Assembly: GCA_046861385.1 (NCBI GenBank)
Contig: JBHHTW010000002.1
Span: 64,001-128,000, forward strand
Direction of reading: 5' to 3'
Source of the DNA: Fidelibacterota bacterium
Lineage (GTDB): Bacteria > Fidelibacterota > Marinisomatia > Marinisomatales > TCS55
DNA length: 64,000 nt
Shown: piece by piece, positions 52,747-62,477 of the stretch
Numbering within the stretch: position 1 is the first letter of the stretch
How the letters are laid out: the number at the start of each line of letters is the position of its first letter
Position numbers and translations under genes: made by a program
Notes under the pieces: model-generated
Database searches by the model: none
What the model was told of the DNA's origin: nothing
What the model saw: the letters and a program-made list of their open reading frames with translations, nothing else

Positions 52747-54468
52747 ATGGTTATTAAGAAATTATCATCCGACCTTCGTAACAAAATCGCTGCCGGTGAA
52801 GTAGTGGAACGTCCAGCCTCTGTAATAAAGGAACTGGTAGAAAACAGCCTTGACGCCAGCGCTTCCGAAATAACAATTGTTGTTGAAAAAGGCGGGCATC
52901 AACTCATCCAAGTTACGGATAATGGAGGAGGAATTTCCTCAGATGATTTGGGTTTAGCCGTTCAAAGACATTCTACCAGCAAAATTGCAACCTTGGATGA
53001 TCTATTCAAAATAAATTCACTTGGTTTCCGGGGAGAAGCATTGGCAAGTATTGCTTCTGTATCGGACATCGAATTGACTTCGTGTGTCGATGGCAACAAC
53101 GGTTACTCAATTAAGGTTCGCAATGGTGAGGCAGAGGACTTAATACCATCAGAGCCGGTAAAAGGAACTCGAATTGATGTTTATAATTTGTTCTATAATA
53201 CACCTGCCAGAAAGAAATTTTTAAAATCTCAACGGGTTGAATTTCGCCAAATTGTACAGATGGTTCGCCGTTATGGATTGGCATACCCGGAGGTGGCATT
53301 TAGACTTGTTCATGACGAGAAAGAAATTATCAATATTCAGAAGGAAACACTGAAAGAACGAATTGATAATTTATTGGATCCTACATACAGTAATCATTTG
53401 CTGGATGTCAATATGGTTAAGGGCGATTTTGCCGTCAGTGGATTTGTGGGGAATCTAAATCTGCTTCGATCCAGACCGGGGGAGCAATACATTTTTCTCA
53501 ATCGAAGATATATTAAGCATCGGTTGCTGACAAATGCTGTTTACGGCGCATACCAATCCTTGGTAAAACGGGGGGAATACCCATTTTTTGTATTGAATCT
53601 CGTTCAGCCGCCCGAACAGGTCGACGTCAACGTCCATCCTATGAAAATTGAAGTGCGTTTTAATGATGAATGGCGACTATATCACGTTCTAAAATCAGCC
53701 GTTTCCCAAGCGCTTAAATCTGTTTTGGATACGATTCCAAACTTTCAATCGGATGCAGGACTATTTCCTGGATTTAGCAATGATATGCGCCAGAGTAGTT
53801 TTACCCTTCCAGATACGGATACACCTATCCAGCAAGGATTGGCACGGGCAAAAACGTATATGGATACATTATCTACAAAGAAAAATACTGACAATGAGTT
53901 CATCAGTGGAAATATTTGGCAGATTCATGAGAAATATATTGTATCCCAGATTAACAGTGGTCTGGTCATCATTGATCAGCATGTTGCCCATGAACGAGTG
54001 CTTTTTGAGGAAGCCCTGGAAGCGTTTGAAGTTGCTCCATTGGGAGCCCAAACATTATTATTTCCGGAAACATTGGAGTTTTCTACCGATGAGTTTTCTG
54101 TATTATTAGACATATTGCCCAGTCTGAATCGATTAGGTTTTCGCATGAAAGAATTTGGGAAAAATACAGTGCTTGTGGAAGCAATCCCATCGGAACTGGG
54201 ATGGGGGAATGAAAAAGCTGTCATTCGGGAGATTATTGATTCATTCCTGGAAAATAAGAAAAAATACAGTTCCTGGCAGGAGGGACTAGCGGCCTCCTAC
54301 GCTTGCCATGCTGCCATTAAAGCAGGAGACCCCCTAAGTATTCTCGAAATGCAAGCGTTGGTGAACCGGCTTTTTGCTACCAAACATCCCTATTATTGCC
54401 CACACGGTAGACCGATCATTGTTCAGTTATCATTAGATGAATTGGACAAAAGGTTCGAGCGGATTTAA
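52747..54468 (+). CDS. mutL: DNA mismatch repair endonuclease MutL
   Basis: IAAGEVVERP, GFRGEAL, DQHVAHERVLFE, ACH, CPHGRP; start ATG 52747. Confidence 0.98.
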   Translation: MVIKKLSSDLRNKIAAGEVVERPASVIKELVENSLDASASEITIVVEKGGHQLIQVTDNGGGISSDDLGLAVQRHSTSKIATLDDLFKINSLGFRGEALASIASVSDIELTSCVDGNNGYSIKVRNGEAEDLIPSEPVKGTRIDVYNLFYNTPARKKFLKSQRVEFRQIVQMVRRYGLAYPEVAFRLVHDEKEIINIQKETLKERIDNLLDPTYSNHLLDVNMVKGDFAVSGFVGNLNLLRSRPGEQYIFLNRRYIKHRLLTNAVYGAYQSLVKRGEYPFFVLNLVQPPEQVDVNVHPMKIEVRFNDEWRLYHVLKSAVSQALKSVLDTIPNFQSDAGLFPGFSNDMRQSSFTLPDTDTPIQQGLARAKTYMDTLSTKKNTDNEFISGNIWQIHEKYIVSQINSGLVIIDQHVAHERVLFEEALEAFEVAPLGAQTLLFPETLEFSTDEFSVLLDILPSLNRLGFRMKEFGKNTVLVEAIPSELGWGNEKAVIREIIDSFLENKKKYSSWQEGLAASYACHAAIKAGDPLSILEMQALVNRLFATKHPYYCPHGRPIIVQLSLDELDKRFERI

Positions 54469-54603
54469 GCATATAGAGACCCGAGAAATCTTGAATATTT
54501 TCTCCAGTTTTTCAATTGGAGCCCTCATGATAATACATCTGGAAATGTCATCATTTCAATCAGAAAGAATTAGAATGATATTGACCCGAGATATATTCGA
54601 TAC

Positions 54604-55047
54604 TCATTTTTGCTTCATTTCTTCATACCGTTTGATATAATCATCCACAGTTGATTCAGCAATAATTTCACCAAGAATCTCCAACGGTATTTGGTCGACT
54701 GTCTTAAAGCGGATACAGGATTTACCCATATTGGGATTAATTCCCATATCTGAAAAGCCTTTTTGTAATTTATCCATTCTCTTCGAATTCATGTAAACGC
54801 ACATTAAATACAGTGATATATAATGTTTTTGAGATGCTAATGCGGCTAATCCCAAAGGTCGCTTATTATAGGTGTTCGGGTAAACCTTCAAGGGAATTTC
54901 GTAGCTGATCATGCCCCAGTTCATGGTTTCTTCATACCCATGGGGAAGGCTGTTAACAATGACCGTACGAACAGCGGTAATTGTTTTTCGTCGTTCAATG
55001 GGTAATTCATCTAAATATTCTTTAACTGTTTTGGCTTTACTTTGCAT
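54604..55047 (-). CDS. DUF1801 (YdhG-like) protein
   Basis: WGMISY..P..YP.TYN, ASQKHYISLY, MGKSCIRFK. Confidence 0.85.
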   Translation of the reverse strand: MQSKAKTVKEYLDELPIERRKTITAVRTVIVNSLPHGYEETMNWGMISYEIPLKVYPNTYNKRPLGLAALASQKHYISLYLMCVYMNSKRMDKLQKGFSDMGINPNMGKSCIRFKTVDQIPLEILGEIIAESTVDDYIKRYEEMKQK

Positions 55048-55103
55048 GTATAATCGTTTTTACTTTTTAATCAATGTTAGTCAGAAATGAACCGAACTGA
55101 ATA

Positions 55104-55757
55104 TTAGAATAGCTTGCCAATTTTTAATAATTCCATATCAATAATACTTTTATTGTTCGCCATGCCTCCGCCTAAATAGTCAGTATTATCACCTGAGAAA
55201 TATCTCCCTCCAAAAAGACTAAATCCCCAATACCATCCATTATATCCGTATTTACGATATCCTATACCAAAAGTTAAACCTAGTTTCGATGTGCTTGTAA
55301 CTTCGTCTAATTCTCCATAAGTAATCCCCAAAAACGAGTTTCCCTCTCGACCGTGTAGATATGTATACCGCAACCCACTACTGAAATAAAAACCATTACG
55401 GTGTTTTCCAATAAAACTTCTGTAATGACAATCTACGCTAAAGGACTTTAGCTCATCCTCCCCAGTAGCATAATAAAATGGGAATGCAATTTCAGCTCTG
55501 TCAGTAACTGAAAATAGTGAAATACTGCCTGTTACACCAAAACCGTTATCTCTTGTGGATGATAAAAGGAAGTATACAGGGTTTAGCTCAACACCAAAGG
55601 TTATTCCATCTAATGGATCAATATATTCAACTTCACCTAATATTTTTTCCTGGTTATTTAGAATTTTCTGCTGGTTAGCCAACAGTGTATCCACCTGTAT
55701 TTTTTCCTGCATAAAAACAAGTGAGCTTAATATCACTAAAAATTGCAGCTTCTTCAT
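55104..55757 (-). CDS. Hypothetical exported protein, probable small beta-barrel; candidate gene cassette
   Basis: Signal peptide, alternating aromatic strands, terminal Phe; GTTATAT core about 20 nt upstream. Confidence 0.7.
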   Translation of the reverse strand: MKKLQFLVILSSLVFMQEKIQVDTLLANQQKILNNQEKILGEVEYIDPLDGITFGVELNPVYFLLSSTRDNGFGVTGSISLFSVTDRAEIAFPFYYATGEDELKSFSVDCHYRSFIGKHRNGFYFSSGLRYTYLHGREGNSFLGITYGELDEVTSTSKLGLTFGIGYRKYGYNGWYWGFSLFGGRYFSGDNTDYLGGGMANNKSIIDMELLKIGKLF

Positions 55758-55776
55758 GATGAATTGTATCCTAATT

Positions 55777-55800
55777 ATATAACTAAGTTTTCAATAATAA
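55777..55800 (-). mobile_element. Right-arm remnant of an attC-like site
   Basis: Minus strand ttattattgaaaactta-GTTATAT; no matching left arm. Confidence 0.35.
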
Positions 55801-55836
55801 ACGTAACGGTCAATAAAATTCCTCATTTTTATTTTT

Positions 55837-55896
55837 GGTTATCGGTCGAGCTGAGGGGCGGGCGATAGTATGTCCCCCTCTAGTGCATTGTTATTC
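55837..55896 (-). mobile_element. attC-like site with degenerate R' (60 bp)
   Basis: Minus strand GAATAAC-aatgca-CTAGAGGGG...CCCCTCAG-ctcgacc-GATAACC; the upstream gene's TAA lies in R''; one extra base in the left arm. Confidence 0.7.
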
Positions 55897-56616
55897 ATGA
55901 CTGTAAATGACCGGCATTTTTCCTTTCCATTCATCCCATAACTCTGAATTTATAGCTAATTCAGACATGAAGTCAGCAACATTAATACGACTAATTGAAC
56001 CAGCATCAAATATCGCATTTCTATTGGGAGAAGTGTGTATGTCGTATGGGCTGACTTGATCTTCATTTATGAGGGCATCAGGACGAACCGCCGCCCACTC
56101 AATACTATTGTTGTTTTGTCCAATTTTAAGGCGAAGAAAATCCGCAGCATTCTCATTGTCTACATGAGGAGGAAGTAACAAACGTAAGATAGAAATGACA
56201 GCCCGTTGGGAAAATGGAGGCTTTTCAGGGATATCACGATTACTATTACCCGTTGTATTCATGAGAATTATTTTCGTTTTGTAATTAGTGCGAGCAGTCT
56301 CAATAGTTTTTGATACTTTTTTAATAGCATTCGTTACAAGGCGTCTAGGTTGGCCGAACATGCCTTTGAAAGTTAAATTGTGCCCTAGACAACAAAGAAC
56401 TGCTTCACAATCTCTAATATACTTAGCGAGGTCACTTTCTGGCATTTCGGATATGTCTGCCTCAACTACTTGCAGGCGTGGGGGATGGCCGACCATGTCC
56501 GTTAATGAATTAGCATTTCGAACAATGGCGATTACCTCAACACCTTTTTGAAGCAGTATTTTTACAAGTAACCGACCCGTCGCACCACTGGCACCTAAAA
56601 TTAACATTTTCTTCAT
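55891..56616 (-). CDS. NAD(P)-binding oxidoreductase (atypical SDR/BVR-B-like); candidate gene cassette
   Basis: ILGASGATG, WAAVRP, ISRINVADF. Confidence 0.88.
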   Translation of the reverse strand: MKKMLILGASGATGRLLVKILLQKGVEVIAIVRNANSLTDMVGHPPRLQVVEADISEMPESDLAKYIRDCEAVLCCLGHNLTFKGMFGQPRRLVTNAIKKVSKTIETARTNYKTKIILMNTTGNSNRDIPEKPPFSQRAVISILRLLLPPHVDNENAADFLRLKIGQNNNSIEWAAVRPDALINEDQVSPYDIHTSPNRNAIFDAGSISRINVADFMSELAINSELWDEWKGKMPVIYSHE

Positions 56617-56695
56617 TTTATCCTCGATTTTTATTGAGATTCATAATGGATGAAATTACCTGCAGGTTCGACTTCATGAGTAATCATGGAGTCGG

Positions 56696-56770
56696 TTCCA
56701 ACGAGGTAGCTCTGCGATCCCGCCATAGCTCCGATCAGGAGAACGCGGATCCGTAGCAGCGTGAGTAAGA
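56696..56770 (-). mobile_element. attC-like site with degenerate R''
   Basis: Minus strand GCTGCTACGGATCC...GGATCGCAGAGC-tacctc-GTTGGAA; arms pair with two extrahelical G; GC-rich patch in AT-rich DNA. Confidence 0.7.
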
Positions 56771-56798
56771 TGTATCAAAATATTATTAAAAATATTAT

Positions 56799-57332
56799 TC
56801 AATTTTTTATCATGTCATAAACTAATGGGAAGGAACCGCTAACACCAGTATCCAACTTTAATTGGTCTATTCTAACATCAAGTTCTATACAGCCCCCAAA
56901 GCCGGTAAAAATACCAAATTTAGGATGATTGGCTTTCCCTTTATATCGCCATAAACCTGCAGTTAATCCTGTACATGGAAATCCTGTATGTATCTTCCCA
57001 AATGCACCATATTGTCCCTCAATATACCAATAGTTCCTTTTTCCATCATTATTCTGTGGAACCGCAAGAGCATTCACACCAATAGTGACATTATAAAATC
57101 TATACCCTTCTGGCGTTATATACTCAAATTCACTATTGGGACCAGATGTTAATGGATAATTCATATTATTTTCGTAGGCATGACCAAAGCTAAGTTTTGC
57201 TCCGATAGTGAAACCTGACCCCCATTGATAGCCAAACCTTAAACCCGGACTTATATAAAATGGATCATCTTTCGCAAATACCAATGCAAATAGCATAATT
57301 TGAATAATAATACTTTTATAATAATTCATCAT
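56799..57332 (-). CDS. Hypothetical exported protein; candidate gene cassette
   Basis: Signal-peptide-like N-terminus; ATG about 10 nt after GTTGGGT; no recognisable family. Confidence 0.65.
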   Translation of the reverse strand: MMNYYKSIIIQIMLFALVFAKDDPFYISPGLRFGYQWGSGFTIGAKLSFGHAYENNMNYPLTSGPNSEFEYITPEGYRFYNVTIGVNALAVPQNNDGKRNYWYIEGQYGAFGKIHTGFPCTGLTAGLWRYKGKANHPKFGIFTGFGGCIELDVRIDQLKLDTGVSGSFPLVYDMIKN

Positions 57333-57341
57333 TTCTTGTAC

Positions 57342-57401
57342 ACCCAACTAGTAACTAACATGCACATATGCCATATAGCATGCTTATTTAGCGTGTTACA
57401 C
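57342..57401 (-). mobile_element. attC-like site, best preserved (60 bp)
   Basis: Minus strand GTGTAAC-acgc-TAAATAAGCATGC-tatatggcatatgt-GCATGTTAGTTA-cta-GTTGGGT. Confidence 0.72.
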
Positions 57402-57495
57402 TGTCTTTGTAAACTATTATTCATAACCTAATTTCTCCATAAACAATTTATAGAATTATTCAATGATTTCCTATTTTGCGCACCATTAATAAAAC

Positions 57496-58461
57496 ATAAT
57501 TGAAAAACCCACACTCGCCATTGTTGGTTCCACCGCTGTAGGAAAAACGTCCGTAGCCATTGCCGTAGCCAAAAAAAATCAATGGTGAAATAATTAGTCT
57601 GGATTCTCGCCAGATTTATCGGAATATGGCCATCGATACCGCCCAGCCTTCAGTAGAAGAAATGGAAGCAGGCCACATCATTAAGTTGCTATCCGTGAAC
57701 CCAATGAAATCATTTCTGCCGGTAAATATACTAGCTTTGTGGAAGAAATAATTTCAGAAATTAGGGATAGGGGAAAAGAACCCATCCTTTGCGGCGGAGC
57801 AGGATTGTATTTGGAAGTGCTGACTAAAGGCATTTTTAGCGATAGTACCACCGACTTAATAATTCGGGAACGATTGAGTCAAGATTATGATGAAAATCCG
57901 GATGGTTTGTTAAAAATACTTCAAGAAATAGATCCGAAATAAGCTGAAAAAGTCCACATTAATAATAAAAAGCGACTAATTCGTGCGTTGGAAATATTTG
58001 AAATTACCGGTAAACCACCGACTATCCACTTCACCGATCAGTCAATCATGTCTCCGCCAGGCAGGCAACCTCGCCAACCTTTTTGTGTTATTTTATTATC
58101 CTTGGACAGACAGAATCTGGAAGAACGTATCCGGGCTCGTACAAAAAAAATGCTGGCCAATGGTTGGATTGAAGAAACAAAAGCGTTACGTAAAAAATAT
58201 TCGGTTGAAAAAGCTCACGCTTTGGATTCCATTGGCTACCGACAAATTTTCCAGTTTCTGAAAGGTGAATACAAATTAGAGGAATTGGAGGAGGAAATTG
58301 TCGTACGGACTCGGCAATATGCCAAACGCCAGCTGACCTGGTTCAAAAACAAGTCCAATCCAATTGAGATTGATGTAAAACAGTATAATAATATTGAAGC
58401 CTTACCAGATGAAATCATTCATATCTGGAAGAAATCATTAAATACCTCCATCATCCATTAA
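57496..58461 (+). pseudogene. miaA: tRNA dimethylallyltransferase pseudogene
   Basis: IVGSTAVGKT, SLDSRQIY, CGGAGLY, RALE, IGY, TRQYAKRQLTWF recovered across a +1 frameshift (A8, 57571-57578), a -1 frameshift (about 57672) and TAA stops at 57682 and 57940. Confidence 0.93.
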
Positions 58462-58488
58462 TTTTTTATTAAAATTGTTTGTTTAGAC

Positions 58489-58540
58489 GTATGACAGACA
58501 TTCCTGTCTGTCATAGTGCAAACAGGAATGTTTGCACACC
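58489..58540. repeat. REP-like doublet, family A copy 2
   Basis: TATGACAGACA-ttcc-TGTCTGTCATA then GTGCAAACA-ggaa-TGTTTGCAC. Confidence 0.85.
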
Positions 58541-58611
58541 TATTATTTTCGAATTTAATTAAATGATATTACAAATAGAAATAGCATTAGAATATACTGA
58601 TCAACTTTTCC

Positions 58612-58735
58612 GTACGACAGTCATTCCCAGCCTGCCTGTCTGCCGGAATGAAATACAGGCATGGCCCCATTTGACAAATATTGACGGGGGCGGGCAGGCT
58701 GACTATCGTAATGGCGACAAGAATGTCTGCACTAC
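58612..58735. repeat. REP-like doublet, family A copy 3, with nested CCTGCC..GGCAGG insertion
   Basis: tacgacagtca-ttcc-[cagcctgcc...ggcaggc]-tgactatcgta...gacaagaatgtctgcactac. Confidence 0.75.
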
Positions 58736-58807
58736 GTTTCATTTTAGAAGCATTATTTAAAAGATTTTCTATTTCACTAAGTTGTCGTAAACATTCTAAA
58801 TTCGTTA

Positions 58808-60334
58808 ATGGGTATTCTATCCATTACGAACTCGTTTCTGCATACAGCAGAATTGAAAAATTTTCTCGAATCACCTGGAAAAATTAGGTTGTCGCCGGTA
58901 GCCCGAGAACGCATTTCCAAATCACATGAATATTTGAAATCACTTTTAGCAAGCGGAGAAAAAATTTATGGCGTCAACACCGGTTTTGGAAAATTGAGTA
59001 GCGTATCTATTCCTGAAGCTGAACAAAAGAAACTGCAGTTAAATTTAGTACGGAGTCATTCTGCCGGTGTGGGTAAGCCCTTTGACCATGGAATCACACG
59101 ACTCACAATGGTGTTAAAATTAATGACTCTGGCGAAAGGATACAGCGGAGTTCGTATAGAAGTGGCAGATCAACTGGTGAATTTTATCAATCATGACATA
59201 TTGCCTATTGTTCCCCGCCAGGGTTCGGTAGGAGCCAGTGGCGATTTAGCTCCATTATCCCATATTGCATTGGGATTAATCGGTGAAGGGAATGTCCATT
59301 TTCAGGATCGGATTATGCCCGCCATTGTTGCTATAAAAGAAGCAGGATTATCCCCATTGGTTTTGGAGGCGAAAGAGGGATTGTCTTTGATTAACGGTAC
59401 TCAGGTTTCGTCATCCCTCGGGATTAAAGCGTTAGTGAATGCAGATGTTATTTTGAAAACAGCCGATATCGTAGGAGCCATGTCCGTAGAGGGCAGTCTC
59501 GCAAGCCGGAATGTTTTTGCCGGTAAACTGCATCGGTTAAAAAAGCATAAAGGACAACAGCAGTCTGCGAAAAATGTATGGAATTTTTTAAAAAACAGCA
59601 CCATCGTCGACTCCCATGAAGACTGTGATAAAGTTCAAGACCCGTATTGTCTGCGGTGTTTGCCTCACGTTCATGGTTCCAGCAGAGAGCTTTATAAAAC
59701 AGCGTTGGAAATGGTGGAAAATGAGGCCAACAGCGTCAGTGATAATCCGCTCATTTTTTCTCATAAGGAAATTCGAAGCAGTGGACATTTTCATGCAGAA
59801 GCCGTTGCCCAAGCATTGGATTTACTTTCCATTGCCATGTCTGAAATGGGATCCATATCCGAACGTCGTATCCATTATTTTATGAAAGGGATTACAGATA
59901 AAGTCCCCCTGTTTGTTGCGCATAACCCTGGTTTGGAGTCGGGGTTTATGATGGCACAAGTCACCGCTGCATCCTTAACGTCTGAAAATAAAACACTGGC
60001 TCATCCTGCGTCGATTGATACCATTCCCACCTCTGCCGGGCAGGAGGATTTTGTGAGTATGGCTCCTTGGGCAGGGAGGAAATGTTTGCGAATTATGAAT
60101 AATGTGTCTCAAATATTGGCCATCGAATTGTACGTCGCAGCAACGGTGATTACCCAATTTCATCCCAAATTGAAACCAGCGGATTGTTCGAAAAAAGTCA
60201 TCAATCTGTTGAAAAAAATTGTGAATTTATCCAAAGGAGATCATCCCCTCTATGAAGATATGGCAGCGATTAATGATCTCATCCATTCCGGCAAAATGCT
60301 GACGGCAATTTCTAAATTAATACCATTAGTATAA
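58808..60334 (+). CDS. hutH: Histidine ammonia-lyase
   Basis: [28 protein letters not shown] (MIO), QDPY.LRC, QEDFVSM. Confidence 0.94.
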   Translation: MGILSITNSFLHTAELKNFLESPGKIRLSPVARERISKSHEYLKSLLASGEKIYGVNTGFGKLSSVSIPEAEQKKLQLNLVRSHSAGVGKPFDHGITRLTMVLKLMTLAKGYSGVRIEVADQLVNFINHDILPIVPRQGSVGASGDLAPLSHIALGLIGEGNVHFQDRIMPAIVAIKEAGLSPLVLEAKEGLSLINGTQVSSSLGIKALVNADVILKTADIVGAMSVEGSLASRNVFAGKLHRLKKHKGQQQSAKNVWNFLKNSTIVDSHEDCDKVQDPYCLRCLPHVHGSSRELYKTALEMVENEANSVSDNPLIFSHKEIRSSGHFHAEAVAQALDLLSIAMSEMGSISERRIHYFMKGITDKVPLFVAHNPGLESGFMMAQVTAASLTSENKTLAHPASIDTIPTSAGQEDFVSMAPWAGRKCLRIMNNVSQILAIELYVAATVITQFHPKLKPADCSKKVINLLKKIVNLSKGDHPLYEDMAAINDLIHSGKMLTAISKLIPLV

Positions 60335-60336
60335 AT

Positions 60337-61809
60337 ATGGGTAATCGACCTCCATTTGATTCAGCATTAACCTTTGACGACGTGTTACTCGTACCCCAAA
60401 AGTCCACCGTCTTACCAAGGGATGTAAAAATTGCCACCCGCCTGACAAAAAATATCCTTATGAATATCCCCTTACTTAGCGCTGCGATGGATACTGTTAC
60501 GGAAAGCAGAATGGCCATCGCCCTGGCCAGAGAGGGAGGAATTGGAATTATCCATAAGAATATGAGTATTGAAGATCACGTTACCATGGTGGATCAAGTG
60601 AAACGGTCTGAAAGCGGTATGATCCGAAATCCCATTACCATGGATCAAAATAAAACACTTCGGGATGCAAAAGAATCCATGGCACATTATCACATCAGCG
60701 GGCTGCCGGTAGTAGATGGTGAAAAACTGGTGGGAATTTTAACGAATAGGGATATTCGATTTGAAACCGATCTGGATTTGAAAGTATCCGAAAGAATGAC
60801 CAGGGAAAACCTTATAACCGTTCCAATGGATACCACCCTGGAAAAAGCCAGGGAAATACTCCAGAAACATCGTATTGAAAAACTATTGGTGGTTGATAAT
60901 CAGGGAGCCCTCACAGGACTTATCACTGTAAAAGATATCCAGAAGAAGGAAGATTATCCCAATGCCTGTACGGATGAAAGGGGACGGCTCCGGGTTGGCG
61001 CTGCGATCGGTGTGGGTCAGGATACGTTTGACCGCGCTGATGCGCTGGCAAGCGCCGATGTGGACGTGATTGTTTTAGATACGGCCCACGGGCATTCCGC
61101 TGGTGTTTTATCAGCTGTGAAGAATATTAAGTCCAAATTAGGGGACTCATTGGAGATTATCGCTGGGAATGTGGCAACCAGCGAAGGAACTGAAGCATTA
61201 ATAGATGCCGGTGTAGACTGTGTTAAAATCGGTATCGGAGCAGGGGCCAGCTGTACAACACGAGTGGTTGCTGGAGTAGGCGTACCCCAGTTAACAGCTG
61301 TGATGTTATGTGCGGATGCTGCTGCAAAATATCATATTCCCATTATTGCAGATGGCGGTATTCGATATAGCGGCGATCTTGCCAAGGCGATTGCTGCCGG
61401 TGCAGGCGCGGTGATGCTGGGTTCATTGCTGGCCGGGATGGATGAATGCCCCGGTGAAACAATACTCTACGAAGGCCGTCAGTATAAAGCCTATCGAGGG
61501 ATGGGTTCATTAGGCGCCATGAAGGAGGGGAGCGGCGATCGTTATTTTCAGGAAGGAGCCGAAGCGACAAAATTGGTTCCTGAGGGTATTGAAGGTATCG
61601 TACCCTATCGGGGTTCAGTAAGAAATACTATCCACCAACTGATAGGCGGACTTCGGTCATCCATGGGATATTGCGGAGCGAAAGATATTCAATCTTTTCA
61701 GAAAAATACCACCTTTGTCCAGATTACTGCAGCTGGCGTGAAAGAAAATCACCCCCATGAAGTGCGTATTGTTAAAGAAGCTCCAAATTATCAAATCTCC
61801 GAGGGATAA
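60337..61809 (+). CDS. guaB: IMP dehydrogenase
   Basis: [19 protein letters not shown] pair, GASCTTR, YRGMGS. Confidence 0.98.
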   Translation: MGNRPPFDSALTFDDVLLVPQKSTVLPRDVKIATRLTKNILMNIPLLSAAMDTVTESRMAIALAREGGIGIIHKNMSIEDHVTMVDQVKRSESGMIRNPITMDQNKTLRDAKESMAHYHISGLPVVDGEKLVGILTNRDIRFETDLDLKVSERMTRENLITVPMDTTLEKAREILQKHRIEKLLVVDNQGALTGLITVKDIQKKEDYPNACTDERGRLRVGAAIGVGQDTFDRADALASADVDVIVLDTAHGHSAGVLSAVKNIKSKLGDSLEIIAGNVATSEGTEALIDAGVDCVKIGIGAGASCTTRVVAGVGVPQLTAVMLCADAAAKYHIPIIADGGIRYSGDLAKAIAAGAGAVMLGSLLAGMDECPGETILYEGRQYKAYRGMGSLGAMKEGSGDRYFQEGAEATKLVPEGIEGIVPYRGSVRNTIHQLIGGLRSSMGYCGAKDIQSFQKNTTFVQITAAGVKENHPHEVRIVKEAPNYQISEG

Positions 61810-61896
61810 ATTATGATTATCCGTCGGTAGGGTGGATTGACTAATAGAATTAAGGACGCTTTATAATTTAATTCTTTTTATGACAAAAAGGTAAAA

Positions 61897-61950
61897 GTAC
61901 TGCAGGCAGGCTGTCTGCAGCATCACAAACAAGAATGTCTGTAATATATC
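61897..61950. repeat. REP-like doublet, family A copy 4
   Basis: gtactgcaggcaggctgtctgcagcatcacaaacaagaatgtctgtaatatatc aligns to the 21721 copy. Confidence 0.8.
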
Positions 61951-62118
61951 GAGAAAACAATTTATTAATGAAATTACAAATGTAATTATTGTTTGCTCCC
62001 AAGTTATGTAAGTGTAAATATTTCAGTTTATCATTCTTCTAAAGAATATAATATTAATGTTTAAGATTTTTATCATGGTTGTTTTGGGTACGCCGACTAA
62101 TTTATTGCTAATAAAAAG

Positions 62119-62382
62119 TAAAACATTGAACACCTAATGGAGTTCGGTAATCATTTCATTTAAAGTTCTATTAACATGTAACCTTGATGAGGTTATTCAA
62201 CTTATTTAGTCAGACTCCCTTATGAGTCTCCCCTCTATAACACCTAAACAAAAAGTAAATCAGACTCCATTAGGAGTCTCATATCTATAGCACGTAAACA
62301 AAAAGTAATTCAGACTCCATTAGGAGTCTCATATCTATAGCACGTAAATAAAAAGTAAATCCAACGCCGTTAGGTGTTGAAT
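62119..62382. repeat. Hairpin repeat cluster including a 50-bp tandem repeat (3 units plus a partial fourth)
   Basis: cagactccattaggagtctcatatctatagcacgtaaacaaaaagtaa-like units at 62211, 62261, 62311, variant at 62361; opposite-orientation relatives near 62120 and 62168. Confidence 0.88.
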
Positions 62383-62477
62383 ATTTTAATTAAATTTAAT
62401 TCAGTATGTTTATGGAATATCGCCATTTTATTTAAAGATAGTTGGTTAAAAAAATATTACGGCTGTAAAATATTCAT

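Noticed and set aside
55076-55082. Additional attC after the 55104 gene
   Set aside because: Only a lone GACTAAC on the minus strand, with no paired arms or GTT core, so the DUF1801 gene cannot be confirmed as a cassette
57496-58461. Stop-codon reassignment or programmed recoding in miaA
   Set aside because: TAA ends many intact genes in this window, and the gene also has two frameshifts and degraded motifs
58563-58887. Short ORFs upstream of hutH
   Set aside because: They translate the nested repeats or overlap hutH out of frame
62211-62382. CRISPR array
   Set aside because: The sequences between hairpins are near-identical rather than unique spacers, the period is only 50 bp, and no cas genes are present
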